A stretch of 64,000 nt of DNA from a virus (lineage: Duplodnaviria > Heunggongvirae > Uroviricota > Caudoviricetes). Below the pieces are notes generated by a model. That model was not told the DNA's origin, ran no database searches, and saw nothing but the letters and a program-made list of their open reading frames with translations. The position numbers were made by a program, and so were the translations under genes. The stretch lies in IMG/VR virus record IMGVR_UViG_2703718817_000003, one strand, 5' to 3'. Of this stretch, positions 1-10,118 are shown one piece after another; position 1 is the stretch's first letter, and every line of letters begins with the position of its first letter.

Positions 1-183
1 GGTTGATTCTCGGCTTTACCCTGTCTGTCGTCGCTGCATGAATGCCCTTCCAGCCAGACCAGTGCTTGTCGCATGAAATACGCAATATGCTTGCCGTGGT
101 AATCGTCTTCATCGATGTGAAAAGCGATACTGCGGATATATTCAATTGCGTTTTCAATGGCCTCCGGCGTTATCGGTGCTGAC
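1..183 (-). pseudogene. 3'-ward continuation of the IS2-interrupted gene (runs off window)
   Basis: Removing IS2 and one CTGAC copy gives an open frame ...KNMSDPITPEALKNALEYIRSIAFHIDEDDYHGKHIAYFMRQALVWLEGH... continuing to position 1. Confidence 0.6.
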
Positions 184-194
184 TGGATTTGCCC

Positions 195-1100
195 CTATAT
201 TTCCAGACACCTGTTATCACTTAACCCATTACTGGCCTGCTGCCGCAGATATTCCCGTGGCGAGCGATAACCCAGTGCACTATGCGGATGCCATTCGTTA
301 TAATGCTCGAACGCCTCTGCAAGGTTCTTTGCTGCCGTTAACCCGTCTGGTTTAGGCATGATACTGATGTAGTCACGCTTTATCGTTTTCACGAAGCTCT
401 CTGCTATGCCGTTACTCTCCGGACTCCGCACCGCCGTGTTCTTCGGTTCAAGCCCCAACATCCGGGCAAACTGCCGTGTTTCATTAGCCCGGTAGCATGA
501 ACCATTATCCGTCAGCCACTCTACTGGAGACGCCGGAAGCTCGTTGCCGAAGCGGCGTTCCACCGCTCCCAGCATTACGTCCTGTACTGTTTCACTGTCG
601 AAGCCGCCCGTAGTGACTGCCCAGTGCAGTGCCTCACGGTCACAGCAGTCCAGCGCGAACGTGACTCGCAGTTTTTCTCCGTTATCACAGCGGAACTCGA
701 ACCCGTCAGAGCACCATCGTTGATTGCTTTCTTTCACGGCCACTTTGCCAGTATGTGCCCGTTTCGATGGCGGTACAGCGGTTTTTCGCTCAAGCAACAG
801 CGCATTCTGGCGCATGATCCGGTAAACACGTTTGGCATTGATCGCAGGCATACCATCAAGTTCGGCCTGTCTGCGAAGCAGCGCCCATACCCGACGATAA
901 CCATACGTGGGCAGCTCTCCGATAACATGGTGTATACGGAGAAGCACATCCGTATCATCTGAGTGACGGCTGCGGCGACCATCTTTCCAGTCATCGGTTC
1001 GTCTGAGAATTACGTGCAACTGCGCACGCGACACCCGGAGACAACGGCTGACTAAGCTTACTCCCCATCCCCGGGCAATAAGGGCGCGTGCGCTATCCAC
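195..1100 (-). CDS. insD: IS2 transposase InsD (orfB)
   Basis: 301-aa ORF with IS2 InsD sequence ([30 protein letters not shown]...). Confidence 0.9.
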   Translation of the reverse strand: MDSARALIARGWGVSLVSRCLRVSRAQLHVILRRTDDWKDGRRSRHSDDTDVLLRIHHVIGELPTYGYRRVWALLRRQAELDGMPAINAKRVYRIMRQNALLLERKTAVPPSKRAHTGKVAVKESNQRWCSDGFEFRCDNGEKLRVTFALDCCDREALHWAVTTGGFDSETVQDVMLGAVERRFGNELPASPVEWLTDNGSCYRANETRQFARMLGLEPKNTAVRSPESNGIAESFVKTIKRDYISIMPKPDGLTAAKNLAEAFEHYNEWHPHSALGYRSPREYLRQQASNGLSDNRCLEI

Positions 1101-1423
1101 TTTTTTGCACGCCCGTATTCAACGGCTTCTTTAAGGAGTTCATTTTCCATCGTTTTTTTGCCGAGCAGGCGCTGGAGTTCTTTAATCTGCTTCATGGCAA
1201 CAGCAAGTTCAGAGGCAGGAACGACCTGCTCTCCTGCGGCCACAGCAGTAAGACTTCCCTCCTGGTATTGCTTGCGCCAGAGAAATAACTGGCTGGCTGC
1301 CACACCGTGTTGCCGGGCAACAAGGGAGACCGTCATTCCCGGTTCAAAACTCTGCTGAACAATAGCGATCTTTTCCTGTGTAGTACGCCGTCTGCGTTTC
1401 TCCGGTCCTAAGACATCAATCAT
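1058..1423 (-). CDS. insC: IS2 InsC (orfA), start moved to [12 protein letters not shown]
   Basis: ORF-track frame 1058..1468; canonical InsC start [26 protein letters not shown] at 1423; overlaps insD as in IS3-family frameshift architecture. Confidence 0.85.
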   Translation of the reverse strand: MIDVLGPEKRRRRTTQEKIAIVQQSFEPGMTVSLVARQHGVAASQLFLWRKQYQEGSLTAVAAGEQVVPASELAVAMKQIKELQRLLGKKTMENELLKEAVEYGRAKKWIAHAPLLPGDGE

Positions 1424-1519
1424 CTGCTCTCCAATGACTAGTCTAAAAACTAGTATTAAGACTATCACTTATTTAAGTGATATTGGTTGTCTGGAGATTC
1501 AGGGGGCCAGTCTACTGAC

Positions 1520-1887
1520 ATATTTTTATTTTGGAGTGCCAAGACGCGGCTGGCATCCTCTACGCCTTTAACTGCATCTGCGCAGTAGTTATAGCGATTG
1601 CATTCCACTAACTTCTGCTTGAGATTTTCAATTGCTTGTGCGACATCAGCCTGCAATTCCGGAACTGGCGGAGTGGCATATAACGGCACCCACTTTGGTG
1701 CTTTATCCCCGACCGAACGCTGATACCAGTCACCCGGTTTGTATTCATAAAAATCACCAACTGGCTCTGCTTCCAGAGATGCCAGCGCAATTTCATAAGC
1801 ACGGCGCTCAATATTGTCTCGCACGTCCAGACTGCCTATGCGCTCTTTGATTTCTTTAATCAGTTCTTTGTCGGTTAAAGTGGTCAT
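1520..1887 (-). pseudogene. 5' part of a phage gene interrupted by IS2
   Basis: ORF 1465..1887 is native for its first ~124 codons (MTTLTDKELIKEIKERIG...) then runs into IS2 sequence; reading frame resumes across the target duplication at 183. Confidence 0.7.
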
Positions 1888-1897
1888 AAATTATGCC

Positions 1898-2431
1898 TCA
1901 GTTGTATCCGATTGGATTAACCGCAACAATAACGCCATCCGCGAACAAATCTTTAATGAGGTGTTCGCTCGGCTCGCCTTTTTCGTACTCTTCAATAAGG
2001 TAAGTGTCTCCATCCTCATTGATATAAACTGGAAGAATGGAACCGTTGATGAAGTAGGTTCCGTTGTTATCGAGGATTTTTGCCTCGGCGATTTGTTTTT
2101 TGGTAAAACGATCTTCTTTTTTCAAAGTTGCCATATCTGTTTCCTTATGTGGGTTAATTTTATTGTGTAGCTTCCTGAATGGGGTCCACACTATATCGAT
2201 ATACAGTTCAACTAACGGTTCAAATACTTTCCCCATTAGAACAGTCACTAATATTGAGGCTATTGGTATCAGCAACACGAAAAACAGAATGATAAACAGC
2301 AATTCTAGTGCTCTACTCTTTCGCGGATATTCTTTTCTGAATAAAGTGGGCATTTCCTCCCCATTAAATGCCTCAATGATTTCTCCAGTGTTTTGCGCTG
2401 CACCTGAATTATCTTTAAATCCTTCTTTCAT
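1898..2431 (-). CDS. hypothetical protein with hydrophobic segment
   Basis: 177-aa ORF, 4-bp overlap with upstream gene; LLFIILFFVLLIPIASILVTVL transmembrane-like stretch. Confidence 0.5.
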   Translation of the reverse strand: MKEGFKDNSGAAQNTGEIIEAFNGEEMPTLFRKEYPRKSRALELLFIILFFVLLIPIASILVTVLMGKVFEPLVELYIDIVWTPFRKLHNKINPHKETDMATLKKEDRFTKKQIAEAKILDNNGTYFINGSILPVYINEDGDTYLIEEYEKGEPSEHLIKDLFADGVIVAVNPIGYN

Positions 2432-3126
2432 CGTTTGCTATCTTCCTCACACCCAAGATATGAAAGAGATGTAATTGCTTTTGCACGGAAACCACCAACC
2501 TTGCTAAGTGCGCTTTTAAGTGCGTCAAGGTCAGATTGTGATTTGATCATGAAAGTTAACCGCGCAATTCCAGACATAGAGTCAGAACCATTCACTGCGT
2601 TGTAGTGATATATGTATCGGGTGACTGATTGAGTCACGCCCTCCTGCTGGTGGTTTATATTGGCGTCCTGTCTTGTGTTGGCCTGCTCCAACTCTTCGAT
2701 ACGTTCAGCCATCGCAGCACACTCTTCAAAGTTGCTTAATGCTTTTCGCTCCGATTCAGCGCATTGTTTTTCCAGTTCTGCTATGCGCTTACCTCCATCC
2801 GCGATTACTCCCTCGTAATGCTCGCGCTGCTCGTTGAGTTTTGATTTTGCCGACTCCAGTTGTTTTGTTAGTTCCACAATACGGCAAACATCGTTGATAC
2901 GCGTTTCCTCTAATGCGTTGATCTCATCCAGTAGTGCCAAAGCAACCTTGGGATTAAAGGCAGCAATAAATTCAGCGTTGTTTTTCAGAACGTGTTGCGC
3001 AATGGCCTGACTACTTAGTCGGACCTCATAACCACGTGCGCCACGGTGTGGTTTATATGAGTCCCAGTCTCCCCACGTTGCTTTCACTGCCGCCTCACGC
3101 AGTGCCTGGTAATTAATTTCGCTCAC
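2428..3126 (-). CDS. Ea22-like phage protein
   Basis: N-terminus [13 protein letters not shown] typical of Ead/Ea22-like family; GTG start overlapping upstream stop (GTGA). Confidence 0.7.
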   Translation of the reverse strand: MSEINYQALREAAVKATWGDWDSYKPHRGARGYEVRLSSQAIAQHVLKNNAEFIAAFNPKVALALLDEINALEETRINDVCRIVELTKQLESAKSKLNEQREHYEGVIADGGKRIAELEKQCAESERKALSNFEECAAMAERIEELEQANTRQDANINHQQEGVTQSVTRYIYHYNAVNGSDSMSGIARLTFMIKSQSDLDALKSALSKVGGFRAKAITSLSYLGCEEDSKR

Positions 3127-3571
3127 TGGTTGCCTCCTTATTAATCAGTTTATACAGGTGCACCACAGTCACAGAGAGTGCATCCATCGCTCGTTTATCC
3201 AGGCGCGGGGCCAGAGCAACCAGTTCATTTATTGCAATCTGAATACGCTGCTCCGCCGCCAGCGTCGCGCGATTGCTCTCCAGTTCTGCAATTCGGCACA
3301 TGGCATCAATATTTGCGTCTTCCAGGCGCTTAATTTCGCCCAGTAGCGCCAGCGCAACTTTTGGTGGGATAGCCGCGATATAACGGGCATTGGCACCAGC
3401 GTTTCTCAGCCCATCAATACCAGGCCAGTCAATAAAGTATCCGCAATGCCTACCCTCAGACGTGCGCGCAGGATAAATGCCGTTATGACCCGGCAAAATA
3501 TATGCTACCCATTCATCTTGCGTTGCCTGTTCCGCCGCCTCGCGCAGTTCTTGATAGTTAATTTTGATCAC
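3113..3571 (-). CDS. Ea22-like phage protein (paralog)
   Basis: N-terminus MIKINYQELREAAEQATQDEW; GTG start preceded by GGAGG. Confidence 0.7.
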   Translation of the reverse strand: MIKINYQELREAAEQATQDEWVAYILPGHNGIYPARTSEGRHCGYFIDWPGIDGLRNAGANARYIAAIPPKVALALLGEIKRLEDANIDAMCRIAELESNRATLAAEQRIQIAINELVALAPRLDKRAMDALSVTVVHLYKLINKEATSERN

Positions 3572-3824
3572 TGGTTGCCTCCGCTTCCCACGTTTTCAGA
3601 CTTTCACCACAGAACGGGCAAAATGAAATTCGAATCGGCGATTTAGAAAACTCGCCTGACCGCAGCATGATCAGGTCTTGTGAATGAATTAATGCATGGT
3701 TATAGATTTTGTATTTCAGCAGACCTTTTCGCGTCGTGTATTCAGCGTCATGTTCCAGGGATTGCGTCAACGCCGCGCACGGTTCTATCTTGTTGCCATT
3801 AATTTGGCATTTTGACTCACTCAC
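3558..3824 (-). CDS. small zinc-ribbon protein
   Basis: GTG start 3824 overlapping upstream stop with GGAGG SD; CPFCGESL motif plus upstream Cys pair. Confidence 0.45.
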   Translation of the reverse strand: MSESKCQINGNKIEPCAALTQSLEHDAEYTTRKGLLKYKIYNHALIHSQDLIMLRSGEFSKSPIRISFCPFCGESLKTWEAEATSDQN

Positions 3825-4060
3825 TGGTTGCCTCCTTTGCGGAGTTGCGCTGCGATGCACGAAAAAAAAGACTCCCGAGTATGACAGTTAAGAGCTGGTG
3901 CGAACGCCGCGTTAAGAACGGCGGCATCACAGCCGTCATCAATATAGAGCGCAATTTTTTTCTCCAGGCGCGCTTTGGCTTCCTGCAACTGCATACCCCG
4001 GCACGCACGCGGGATATAATCAGCAATTTGAGCGATAGCTTTTTCGTTCTGTTTAAACAT
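3821..4060 (-). CDS. Ea22-like C-terminal-type small protein
   Basis: 79 aa ending [10 protein letters not shown], the C-terminal signature shared by the larger Ea22-like paralogs. Confidence 0.55.
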   Translation of the reverse strand: MFKQNEKAIAQIADYIPRACRGMQLQEAKARLEKKIALYIDDGCDAAVLNAAFAPALNCHTRESFFSCIAAQLRKGGNQ

Positions 4061-4256
4061 GCTTCACCTCGATAGGCTTGATGGTGTCTAACAGCAGTCG
4101 GCGGCGCGTATTTTCTGCAAAATGGCGGCGTCCAGTTTCTTTGTGGTAAAACTCGTTTTTGCCAACGACCCACATCCGCTCTGTTTGGTGCAGTTTTTTT
4201 ACCTGCGGGCCATCTTTGGTGATCACGGTACCGGTATGGGTTTTTACGATTGTCAT
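4053..4256 (-). CDS. hypothetical phage protein
   Basis: 67-aa ORF in operon context, overlapping neighbours by a few nt. Confidence 0.4.
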   Translation of the reverse strand: MTIVKTHTGTVITKDGPQVKKLHQTERMWVVGKNEFYHKETGRRHFAENTRRRLLLDTIKPIEVKHV

Positions 4257-4305
4257 GCCACTACCTATTCGAACAGATGAACGAGATTTGATGCATACTC
4301 ACGGT

Positions 4306-5034
4306 TTATTCCTGAATGCGCTTAAACTCGATTACCCACACCCAGGGATTAGCGTTCCAGCTTTCTTCACCATAGATGGATTCCCACAGGCGCTGGAACG
4401 CAACCTTGGCCATTGCGAAATCCCCCTTGGGAGTAAGGAATGTTCCCGGGTGATCAGGGAGCAAACTTCCAGCAGGCGGAACGCCCTCATCCCTTGCATC
4501 GCATTCGCTGATATCGTTCAACCGCTCAACGCGCACGTTGGTAATTTCCAACAGGATGCGTGATGCCCATCGCGGCATGTGAATTGATGGACGCCACCCA
4601 CCATCAAACTTTTCATTCACAGTGTGAGGTTTCCAGTCGGCATCATCGGGTATCGACCATAAACCGTAATCACCAGGCTTTTGCTCACAACTGGCCCGAT
4701 AAATCCTTGCTGCGTTCTTCTCATCGCCACGACAAAGGTTGTCGTTCCAGTCCACACTGCAACCATCTTCATTGCCTAATATCGCCCATGTTTCACGAAC
4801 CCAAATTCGATCGCCGACGATACCAAAGGGGCAATTGAAAACACTGCTTACACCATCAGCCCCGTACCACTGAAAACCTGCACCAATTTCCCTAACCATC
4901 ACTGGTGCTTCTGGACCAACTTCCGCAGGCTGATTTTTCATTATCCGCCGCGTCTGCGTTTTCCTTCCTTCGAGGATGGCTCGGACCATCTCATCGTTAA
5001 AAATCATCCCGCGTTCTTTCATTTTTTGATCCAC
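4306..5034 (-). CDS. ASCH/PUA-like domain phage protein
   Basis: MIFNDEMVRAILEGRKTQTRR resembles the ASCH motif (G-x-K-x-x-E/T-x-R); start among three nearby Met is uncertain. Confidence 0.5.
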   Translation of the reverse strand: MDQKMKERGMIFNDEMVRAILEGRKTQTRRIMKNQPAEVGPEAPVMVREIGAGFQWYGADGVSSVFNCPFGIVGDRIWVRETWAILGNEDGCSVDWNDNLCRGDEKNAARIYRASCEQKPGDYGLWSIPDDADWKPHTVNEKFDGGWRPSIHMPRWASRILLEITNVRVERLNDISECDARDEGVPPAGSLLPDHPGTFLTPKGDFAMAKVAFQRLWESIYGEESWNANPWVWVIEFKRIQE

Positions 5035-5038
5035 ACCA

Positions 5039-6034
5039 TCAGTTATTGAACGTGATCACTCCGCGCTCGATGGCGAAGTCGAAAAGCTGGTTGGCGGCTA
5101 CGTAAAGGCGTATGCCATGTGCTTTTTCCCATGCCCGGACATCGTTTTCTGCGCTTCTGGCGCATTCATCGCAAAGAGGAACGGCCCAGCGATCGTGTTC
5201 GTTTAACGAGCGGGCGCGGTACATGAACGGGTGATTAACTTTGCCTCCGCATCCGATGCACGGACGAGAAATCACAAACCGGAGATAAGCCGGGCTTTTA
5301 CCGAGAACCGCTTTTGGTCGGCGCATATACAGCAGGCCGGAATCCTCATCTACAGACAGGTTGACGATCTGCTCTGCGGTTATGTCCACCAGCTCACGGG
5401 TGCTGTGCTCCCAGGTGATATCCGATTCTTTCAGTGTGCCGGTAGGGATTTCCTGTTTTGGCTGACAAAATGCAATGCGACCGGCTTCATCTGGCAGCTC
5501 GTCTTTCAGATTCCGGCGAATGGCCCAAAAAGTGAGTTCAACCATGCTCAGATCGCGTTCTGGCGGTAGTTTTAACTCGCTCGCAGCCCAGTTCATAACC
5601 CAGTTGGCACGATTCAGGGATAACTGGTCATCCAGCTTGCCGTACCCCTTCATCATGTATTCCGCATCATGCTTCCAGCACAGGCGAACGGCAGAGCCGT
5701 TATAGAAATGAGTGGTTAGCTGGTGGCTGCAATCGCGCTTATCGTGCGCCTGGCAATCGTGGATATTGGAACTTACCCAATGAACAAGCGAATCTTCACC
5801 GCCTAATGCGTTAAATACGCGCTCGCTTTGAAAAAATGCTTTCAGAGACTGGTTGGCAACCAGCGAATAGTTCAGATCCACTACGCCATCTGGCGTGTTT
5901 TCAGCCTGTTCGCGCGGAAGTGGAGAGATAATGAAACGGCGACCTGCGCCAATGTAGTTGCTGGTGGGCTTGTCTACCGGAAAGACAGCCACACCAGCTC
6001 CGTTTACGAAATGAGGTGTGATTATTGCACTCAT
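5039..6034 (-). CDS. DUF968-like phage protein with C-terminal Cys cluster
   Basis: 331 aa; C-terminal CIGCGG...HDRWAVPLCDEC zinc-binding-like motifs typical of prophage DUF968 proteins. Confidence 0.5.
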   Translation of the reverse strand: MSAIITPHFVNGAGVAVFPVDKPTSNYIGAGRRFIISPLPREQAENTPDGVVDLNYSLVANQSLKAFFQSERVFNALGGEDSLVHWVSSNIHDCQAHDKRDCSHQLTTHFYNGSAVRLCWKHDAEYMMKGYGKLDDQLSLNRANWVMNWAASELKLPPERDLSMVELTFWAIRRNLKDELPDEAGRIAFCQPKQEIPTGTLKESDITWEHSTRELVDITAEQIVNLSVDEDSGLLYMRRPKAVLGKSPAYLRFVISRPCIGCGGKVNHPFMYRARSLNEHDRWAVPLCDECARSAENDVRAWEKAHGIRLYVAANQLFDFAIERGVITFNN

Positions 6035-6076
6035 AATGTATACCGACTCTGTTTTGTTCCGAGCGGTAAAATAATA

Positions 6077-6106
6077 TGTTAGAAAATTAAAATCAATATT
6101 CTAACA
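6077..6106. promoter_or_regulatory. palindromic operator-like site (TGTTAGAAAATT..ATATTCTAACA) upstream of phosphatase gene
   Basis: Inverted repeat with core TGTTAGAAAAT; same motif recurs at seven other intergenic positions. Confidence 0.5.
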
Positions 6107-6138
6107 CGGTTTTGAGTGCATAAACGATGTGTTCAGGA

Positions 6139-6825
6139 TTACGGCTGGCCTCCCTTCACCTGCTTTAGCGTCAGATTTCCGCAAAAAACCGCGCCAGTGT
6201 CTATGTAGTGCTGGTTCCAGAAAGATTTCGGGCTGTTTACTGGCGTATGCCCGAAAATAAAGCTATCTGCACCAGTGATCATTCCACCAACACCATCAAC
6301 CGCGTCATAAAATCGCTCACGCCGCCAGGTAACATTGAGATCGCTAACAGGTTTACCAAACTGGTATTCGTTATCAGGATAGTCGGCATGGGCTATAACG
6401 ATAGTTTCATGCCCGGTGTTCAACTCAATGATATAGGGTAAACGTCTTACCAGCTCCACCAGCGCCCTGGCTAATATTTCCCGATCAGCGTCCAGCATGA
6501 AGAACCATTGGCCGCCATTCATTAGCCAGTTATTCACGTTGCCTGCGGGGCTTAACGCATCGATCATTAATCGCTCGTGGTTTCCCATAACCGACCGAAA
6601 CCAGGGCATCTGCAATAGCTCCAGGCATTCAACATTTTCGGTGCCGCGATCGATAAGGTCGCCAACCGATATCAGTAAATCCTGTGTCGGGTCAAAGTCC
6701 ACACGATGAAGTTCAGACATCAATCTGGTGTAGCAACCATGCAGATCACCAACAACCCATATGTTTCTGTAGCCTGAACCATCAATACTGCTATATAAAT
6801 TCACTTCATGCAGCGCCTGGGTCAT
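6139..6825 (-). CDS. Ser/Thr protein phosphatase (lambda PPase/PrpA-like, calcineurin-like phosphoesterase)
   Basis: [29 protein letters not shown] motifs; start set at MTQALHEV (6825) giving ATGA overlap with upstream gene. Confidence 0.85.
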   Translation of the reverse strand: MTQALHEVNLYSSIDGSGYRNIWVVGDLHGCYTRLMSELHRVDFDPTQDLLISVGDLIDRGTENVECLELLQMPWFRSVMGNHERLMIDALSPAGNVNNWLMNGGQWFFMLDADREILARALVELVRRLPYIIELNTGHETIVIAHADYPDNEYQFGKPVSDLNVTWRRERFYDAVDGVGGMITGADSFIFGHTPVNSPKSFWNQHYIDTGAVFCGNLTLKQVKGGQP

Positions 6826-7133
6826 GCGGCAACCTTCTCCCGCAGCCAGATACAAACCGGGCCATCTTCAGTGTCATGAATAGAGCCAACAAACCATCCT
6901 TCGCCCTCTGGTCGCTCTGGTTCCCAGGCGGCAATATCGGGACCATCTGCGTCCAGATTAAAATGATCTTCATCCATACTGCGAATAGTCCACTGAAGAT
7001 TATTTTCCTTCATCCAGGCGTCAAATTCCTCAGTGGATATATATTCACGACCTGCGCAAAACTTTTCATACTCCGGATGTGTCCAGCAGCCATATTCATC
7101 ACGTTCTACCGGCATTTCTTTAATGATGCTCAC
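6822..7133 (-). CDS. hypothetical phage protein
   Basis: 103-aa ORF, operon-style 4-bp overlaps on both sides. Confidence 0.45.
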   Translation of the reverse strand: MSIIKEMPVERDEYGCWTHPEYEKFCAGREYISTEEFDAWMKENNLQWTIRSMDEDHFNLDADGPDIAAWEPERPEGEGWFVGSIHDTEDGPVCIWLREKVAA

Positions 7134-7354
7134 TCTTCATCCTCCAAGTCGGCAACGGCCTCCATCACATCAGAACCGCGAATAACCTCAAAAGCACGGC
7201 AGGCCATTTCAAACACCTGTTGTTCTTGCGGATGCGGTGACTCCCAATACTTAAAACCAGGTCGATGCTCGTAACCCAACATGGAATAAAAATCGCCAGC
7301 AAGCTCAATCGCGGCATCAACAAGTTCGCGATTTGTCATCGTCTGTTCTGTCAT
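7130..7354 (-). CDS. hypothetical phage protein
   Basis: 74-aa ORF, 4-bp overlaps with neighbours. Confidence 0.4.
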   Translation of the reverse strand: MTEQTMTNRELVDAAIELAGDFYSMLGYEHRPGFKYWESPHPQEQQVFEMACRAFEVIRGSDVMEAVADLEDEE

Positions 7355-7626
7355 TTTGTTTTCTCCTGTCTGAACATCACTATCATCAGGTCGCCTTTTG
7401 TCGCTATCCTGGCTGTTGTACCTGGTTCAATGCGGCTAAGCTCAAATGCGTCATAGAACGCTTCTAATGCCTTCTGGCGTAGTTCCTGTTTGCGCCGTTT
7501 TTTCCACTGTTTCAGGAAAATGGAACCCAGCCATCGCCATGTACGGGACATGATGTAAAGCCAACCGAGAAGTGCCAGACCGGTATTTAGGAGCGTATCG
7601 ATCGTTATTGTCGTGTCGATATTCAC
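7351..7626 (-). CDS. small membrane protein
   Basis: 91 aa with one hydrophobic helix (LLNTGLALLGWLYIM) followed by basic stretch. Confidence 0.45.
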   Translation of the reverse strand: MNIDTTITIDTLLNTGLALLGWLYIMSRTWRWLGSIFLKQWKKRRKQELRQKALEAFYDAFELSRIEPGTTARIATKGDLMIVMFRQEKTK

Positions 7627-8335
7627 TGGCTGCCTCCTTTGCGAAGCTGTTCAGCAATACTTACGCATATCTCTGCGCCTCTAATCAGCCCCGGAACGTT
7701 CTTGTTTGGCCCAACTTCACCATCGACAAAATCAATCATCGCGTTACGAGCCATATCCACGCCCTGCGCACGTACTTCAGCCAGGAAAGCATCGGTGGCT
7801 GGGGTATCAACACGGATACTGTCGCGCAAGATGAAAAATGCATTGAGCATTCCAGTCTCTGGCACTTCATCCTGATGCTTCTCATACGCATCAAGAGCCT
7901 TCATCATCTCAGCTCCGAATGGTTGAGGGTGCACAGACTTCAGCTCCGCATTCTCCGCCGCCAGCACCGCGCGTTCGCTCTCCAGTTCTGTAATGCGCCG
8001 TCTTGCAGCATCCAGTTCAATCGACAATTTTCCCAACTGCTCTTTATGCTTCTTGTATTCCTGATATGCGTGCCAAGACTGACCTTTGCGCACACTATCC
8101 GTGATATCAGTAATCTGTTCTGGTGTTAGCGTGGTCAGTGGCTGTGCTGGGAAAATCAGCACTTTCCCGGCATCCCAATCAAAACCCACCTGAATTGACT
8201 GAACCTCAACTGATGGTGTTGAACCGATGCGACCAGGCGAATGAACAACGATCGTTACATCCATATCGCGACGATGGCTGTGGTTGTTGGACAAAATACG
8301 ATTCACCAACTCAGAAAATTTGGAAAATTTCATGC
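7623..8335 (-). CDS. Ea22-like phage protein (paralog)
   Basis: C-terminus EQLRKGGSQ; start set at MKFSKFSEL (8333) directly after upstream stop with AAGGGA SD; ORF-track start 8384 would overlap 54 nt. Confidence 0.6.
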
Positions 8336-8653
8336 TGATTCCCTTTGCTCTTCCAGGATAATGTTGTTGCAATCTTTCACGCACTCGTTGCAGATGAAAA
8401 CGTTGTCCCCGGCAATTAACTTTTTAACGGTGTGCTGGGATTTGTTGCAGAAGCTGCAATAAAGCGTTGGACTGGCTGATACGGATGGTGCGCCAGATGT
8501 CAGCCGCGCGATGTCGTTCTTGCGACGCAATATCACACGGCTGCACTCGACCAGCATCTCCGGGGATATATCCTCCTCCGTGGCGAGCGCCTCCAGACGT
8601 TCGAGCAAGCGAAATACTTTTTCCCGGGTGATTGCAGAATGCGATGTGGTCAT
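8330..8653 (-). CDS. ClpX N-terminal zinc-finger (C4) domain-containing phage protein
   Basis: C-terminal [36 protein letters not shown] closely matches the ClpX zinc-binding domain; start at MTTSHS (8653) with AAGGAGAG SD. Confidence 0.65.
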   Translation of the reverse strand: MTTSHSAITREKVFRLLERLEALATEEDISPEMLVECSRVILRRKNDIARLTSGAPSVSASPTLYCSFCNKSQHTVKKLIAGDNVFICNECVKDCNNIILEEQRESA

Positions 8654-8654
8654 C

Positions 8655-9140
8655 TCACTCTCCTTTGAGGCGAATGCCTGTTGCAATGCTGTTTATGATG
8701 CTGTCAGTGCATGGGGTAGAAAGCTGGGCATCTCCAGCAATTTTCATGACCTCAACATCTGCATATCGAATACCGAGGTGTATCAGACCGGCTATGCCTG
8801 ACTTAAGCCGAGCATTTTCCATAAATAGAACCTTTGCCCGCTGTTTTTCTGCTTCAAGCTCAACGCGCAGCTTCCCTACCGTTAGCGCAATATCCTCGTT
8901 CTCCTGGTCGCGGCGTTTGATGTATTGCTGGTTTCTTTCCCGTTCATCCAGTAGTGCCAGCACGGTTTCTGGTCCGGCCAGAAATTTGAAGGCGTTGAGC
9001 GCATCAATATCCACACCGTAATCTTTAAGTTCCTGTTCACTTAACAAATCATCATCAGCTGGCAACATTAACAGGCGTTCCATTGCTGGAATTGCACGTT
9101 CCGCCGCCTCACGCAGTGCCTGGTAATTAATTTCGCTCAC
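8655..9140 (-). CDS. Ea22-like phage protein (paralog)
   Basis: N-terminus [16 protein letters not shown]; GTG start with GGAGG SD overlapping upstream stop. Confidence 0.65.
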   Translation of the reverse strand: MSEINYQALREAAERAIPAMERLLMLPADDDLLSEQELKDYGVDIDALNAFKFLAGPETVLALLDERERNQQYIKRRDQENEDIALTVGKLRVELEAEKQRAKVLFMENARLKSGIAGLIHLGIRYADVEVMKIAGDAQLSTPCTDSIINSIATGIRLKGE

Positions 9141-9811
9141 TGGTTGCCTCCTTTGCGAAGCTGGGCAGCGAACCTATCAGCTGCATCCGCGCAAGCAGAA
9201 GCAACGGAATCAAAAAATGGATCATCTCCTGTATCGCGCATCGTCAAAGCGAATGCCTCCACCCCTTGTGCCTGTATTTCTACAAGGGATGCCTTAGATG
9301 TAGTGCTTTTCGCCTCGCCTAATTCGTTATGAGCGATGTTCGCTATACATGCGATGTCTATATCTGGATGATTAATTGGGCAATGGCTAAGAATTGCCTC
9401 AAGTGCTGCTTTTTTGCTTTGGCATTCCGCCACCAGCGCCCCGCAATTGCTTTCCAGCTCTGCAATACACTTTTTAGCGGCCTCCAGCTCAACACGCAGA
9501 TTCTCAAGCGTTAGAGCCTTCTCCACGTTCTCGTCCAGCAGTTCAATCACATCAGGATCGCTACCATCAACTACTGATATGCGCGAATTTTTGTAATGCT
9601 CGTCAGCATAAGTTCGTCCAGTTTTGAAGCATCCGTCATCCTCCATGCCGGAACAGGCATAAACAACATGTGATCCAGATATGCGCTGCATTGACATTTC
9701 CTCGCCACAAACAGGGCATTTAGGCGCTGGTTTCGGTGAATAACGTTCACGTAACGGATAGTAAAGCTCGATCTCCGCCAGTTGCTCTGGCGTTAAACCT
9801 TCAGACTTCAT
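9137..9811 (-). CDS. Ea22-like phage protein (paralog) with N-terminal Cys4 zinc ribbon
   Basis: C-terminus [10 protein letters not shown]; CPVCGEE...YACSGMEDDGC motif; AAGGAGAG SD before ATG. Confidence 0.65.
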   Translation of the reverse strand: MKSEGLTPEQLAEIELYYPLRERYSPKPAPKCPVCGEEMSMQRISGSHVVYACSGMEDDGCFKTGRTYADEHYKNSRISVVDGSDPDVIELLDENVEKALTLENLRVELEAAKKCIAELESNCGALVAECQSKKAALEAILSHCPINHPDIDIACIANIAHNELGEAKSTTSKASLVEIQAQGVEAFALTMRDTGDDPFFDSVASACADAADRFAAQLRKGGNQ

Positions 9812-10118
9812 GTACTCTCCTTTCGAAATAAACGTACTGATTAATCATTCCCAGGGGCATTTCGAGTTTTTCTGCGATCTCACGGCGGGGAACACCACAC
9901 TGATGAAGCTGCCGCGCCAGTTCTATATCGCTCTGCCGGTATTTGGCTGACTGGTGAAAGTCTCCTTTCAGAATCATGCTGATCCGCAGTTGCCGCGCTT
10001 TAGTCCTGACAGCACCACCGGTACGCCCGATCAGTCTCCCAATACCCTCGACTGTCATAGTCCCGGCGCACTGGCGGAGCATCATGATTTCTGCCCTTCC
10101 CCATCCCCGCCAGCTCAC
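9801..10118 (-). CDS. small helix-turn-helix DNA-binding protein
   Basis: 105 aa; HTH-like segments (GVPRREIAEKLEMPLGMINQYV); candidate transcription regulator. Confidence 0.4.
   Translation of the reverse strand: MSWRGWGRAEIMMLRQCAGTMTVEGIGRLIGRTGGAVRTKARQLRISMILKGDFHQSAKYRQSDIELARQLHQCGVPRREIAEKLEMPLGMINQYVYFERRVHEV

Larger units (their letters stand above)
184..1514 (-). mobile_element. IS2: IS2 insertion sequence (IS3 family), complete 1331-bp copy
   Basis: Both IS2 termini recognised (TGGATTTGCCCCTATATTTCCAGACA at 184; CCAGTCTA = TAGACTGG on minus strand ending at 1514); flanked by identical 5-bp direct repeats CTGAC (179-183, 1515-1519). Confidence 0.9.
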
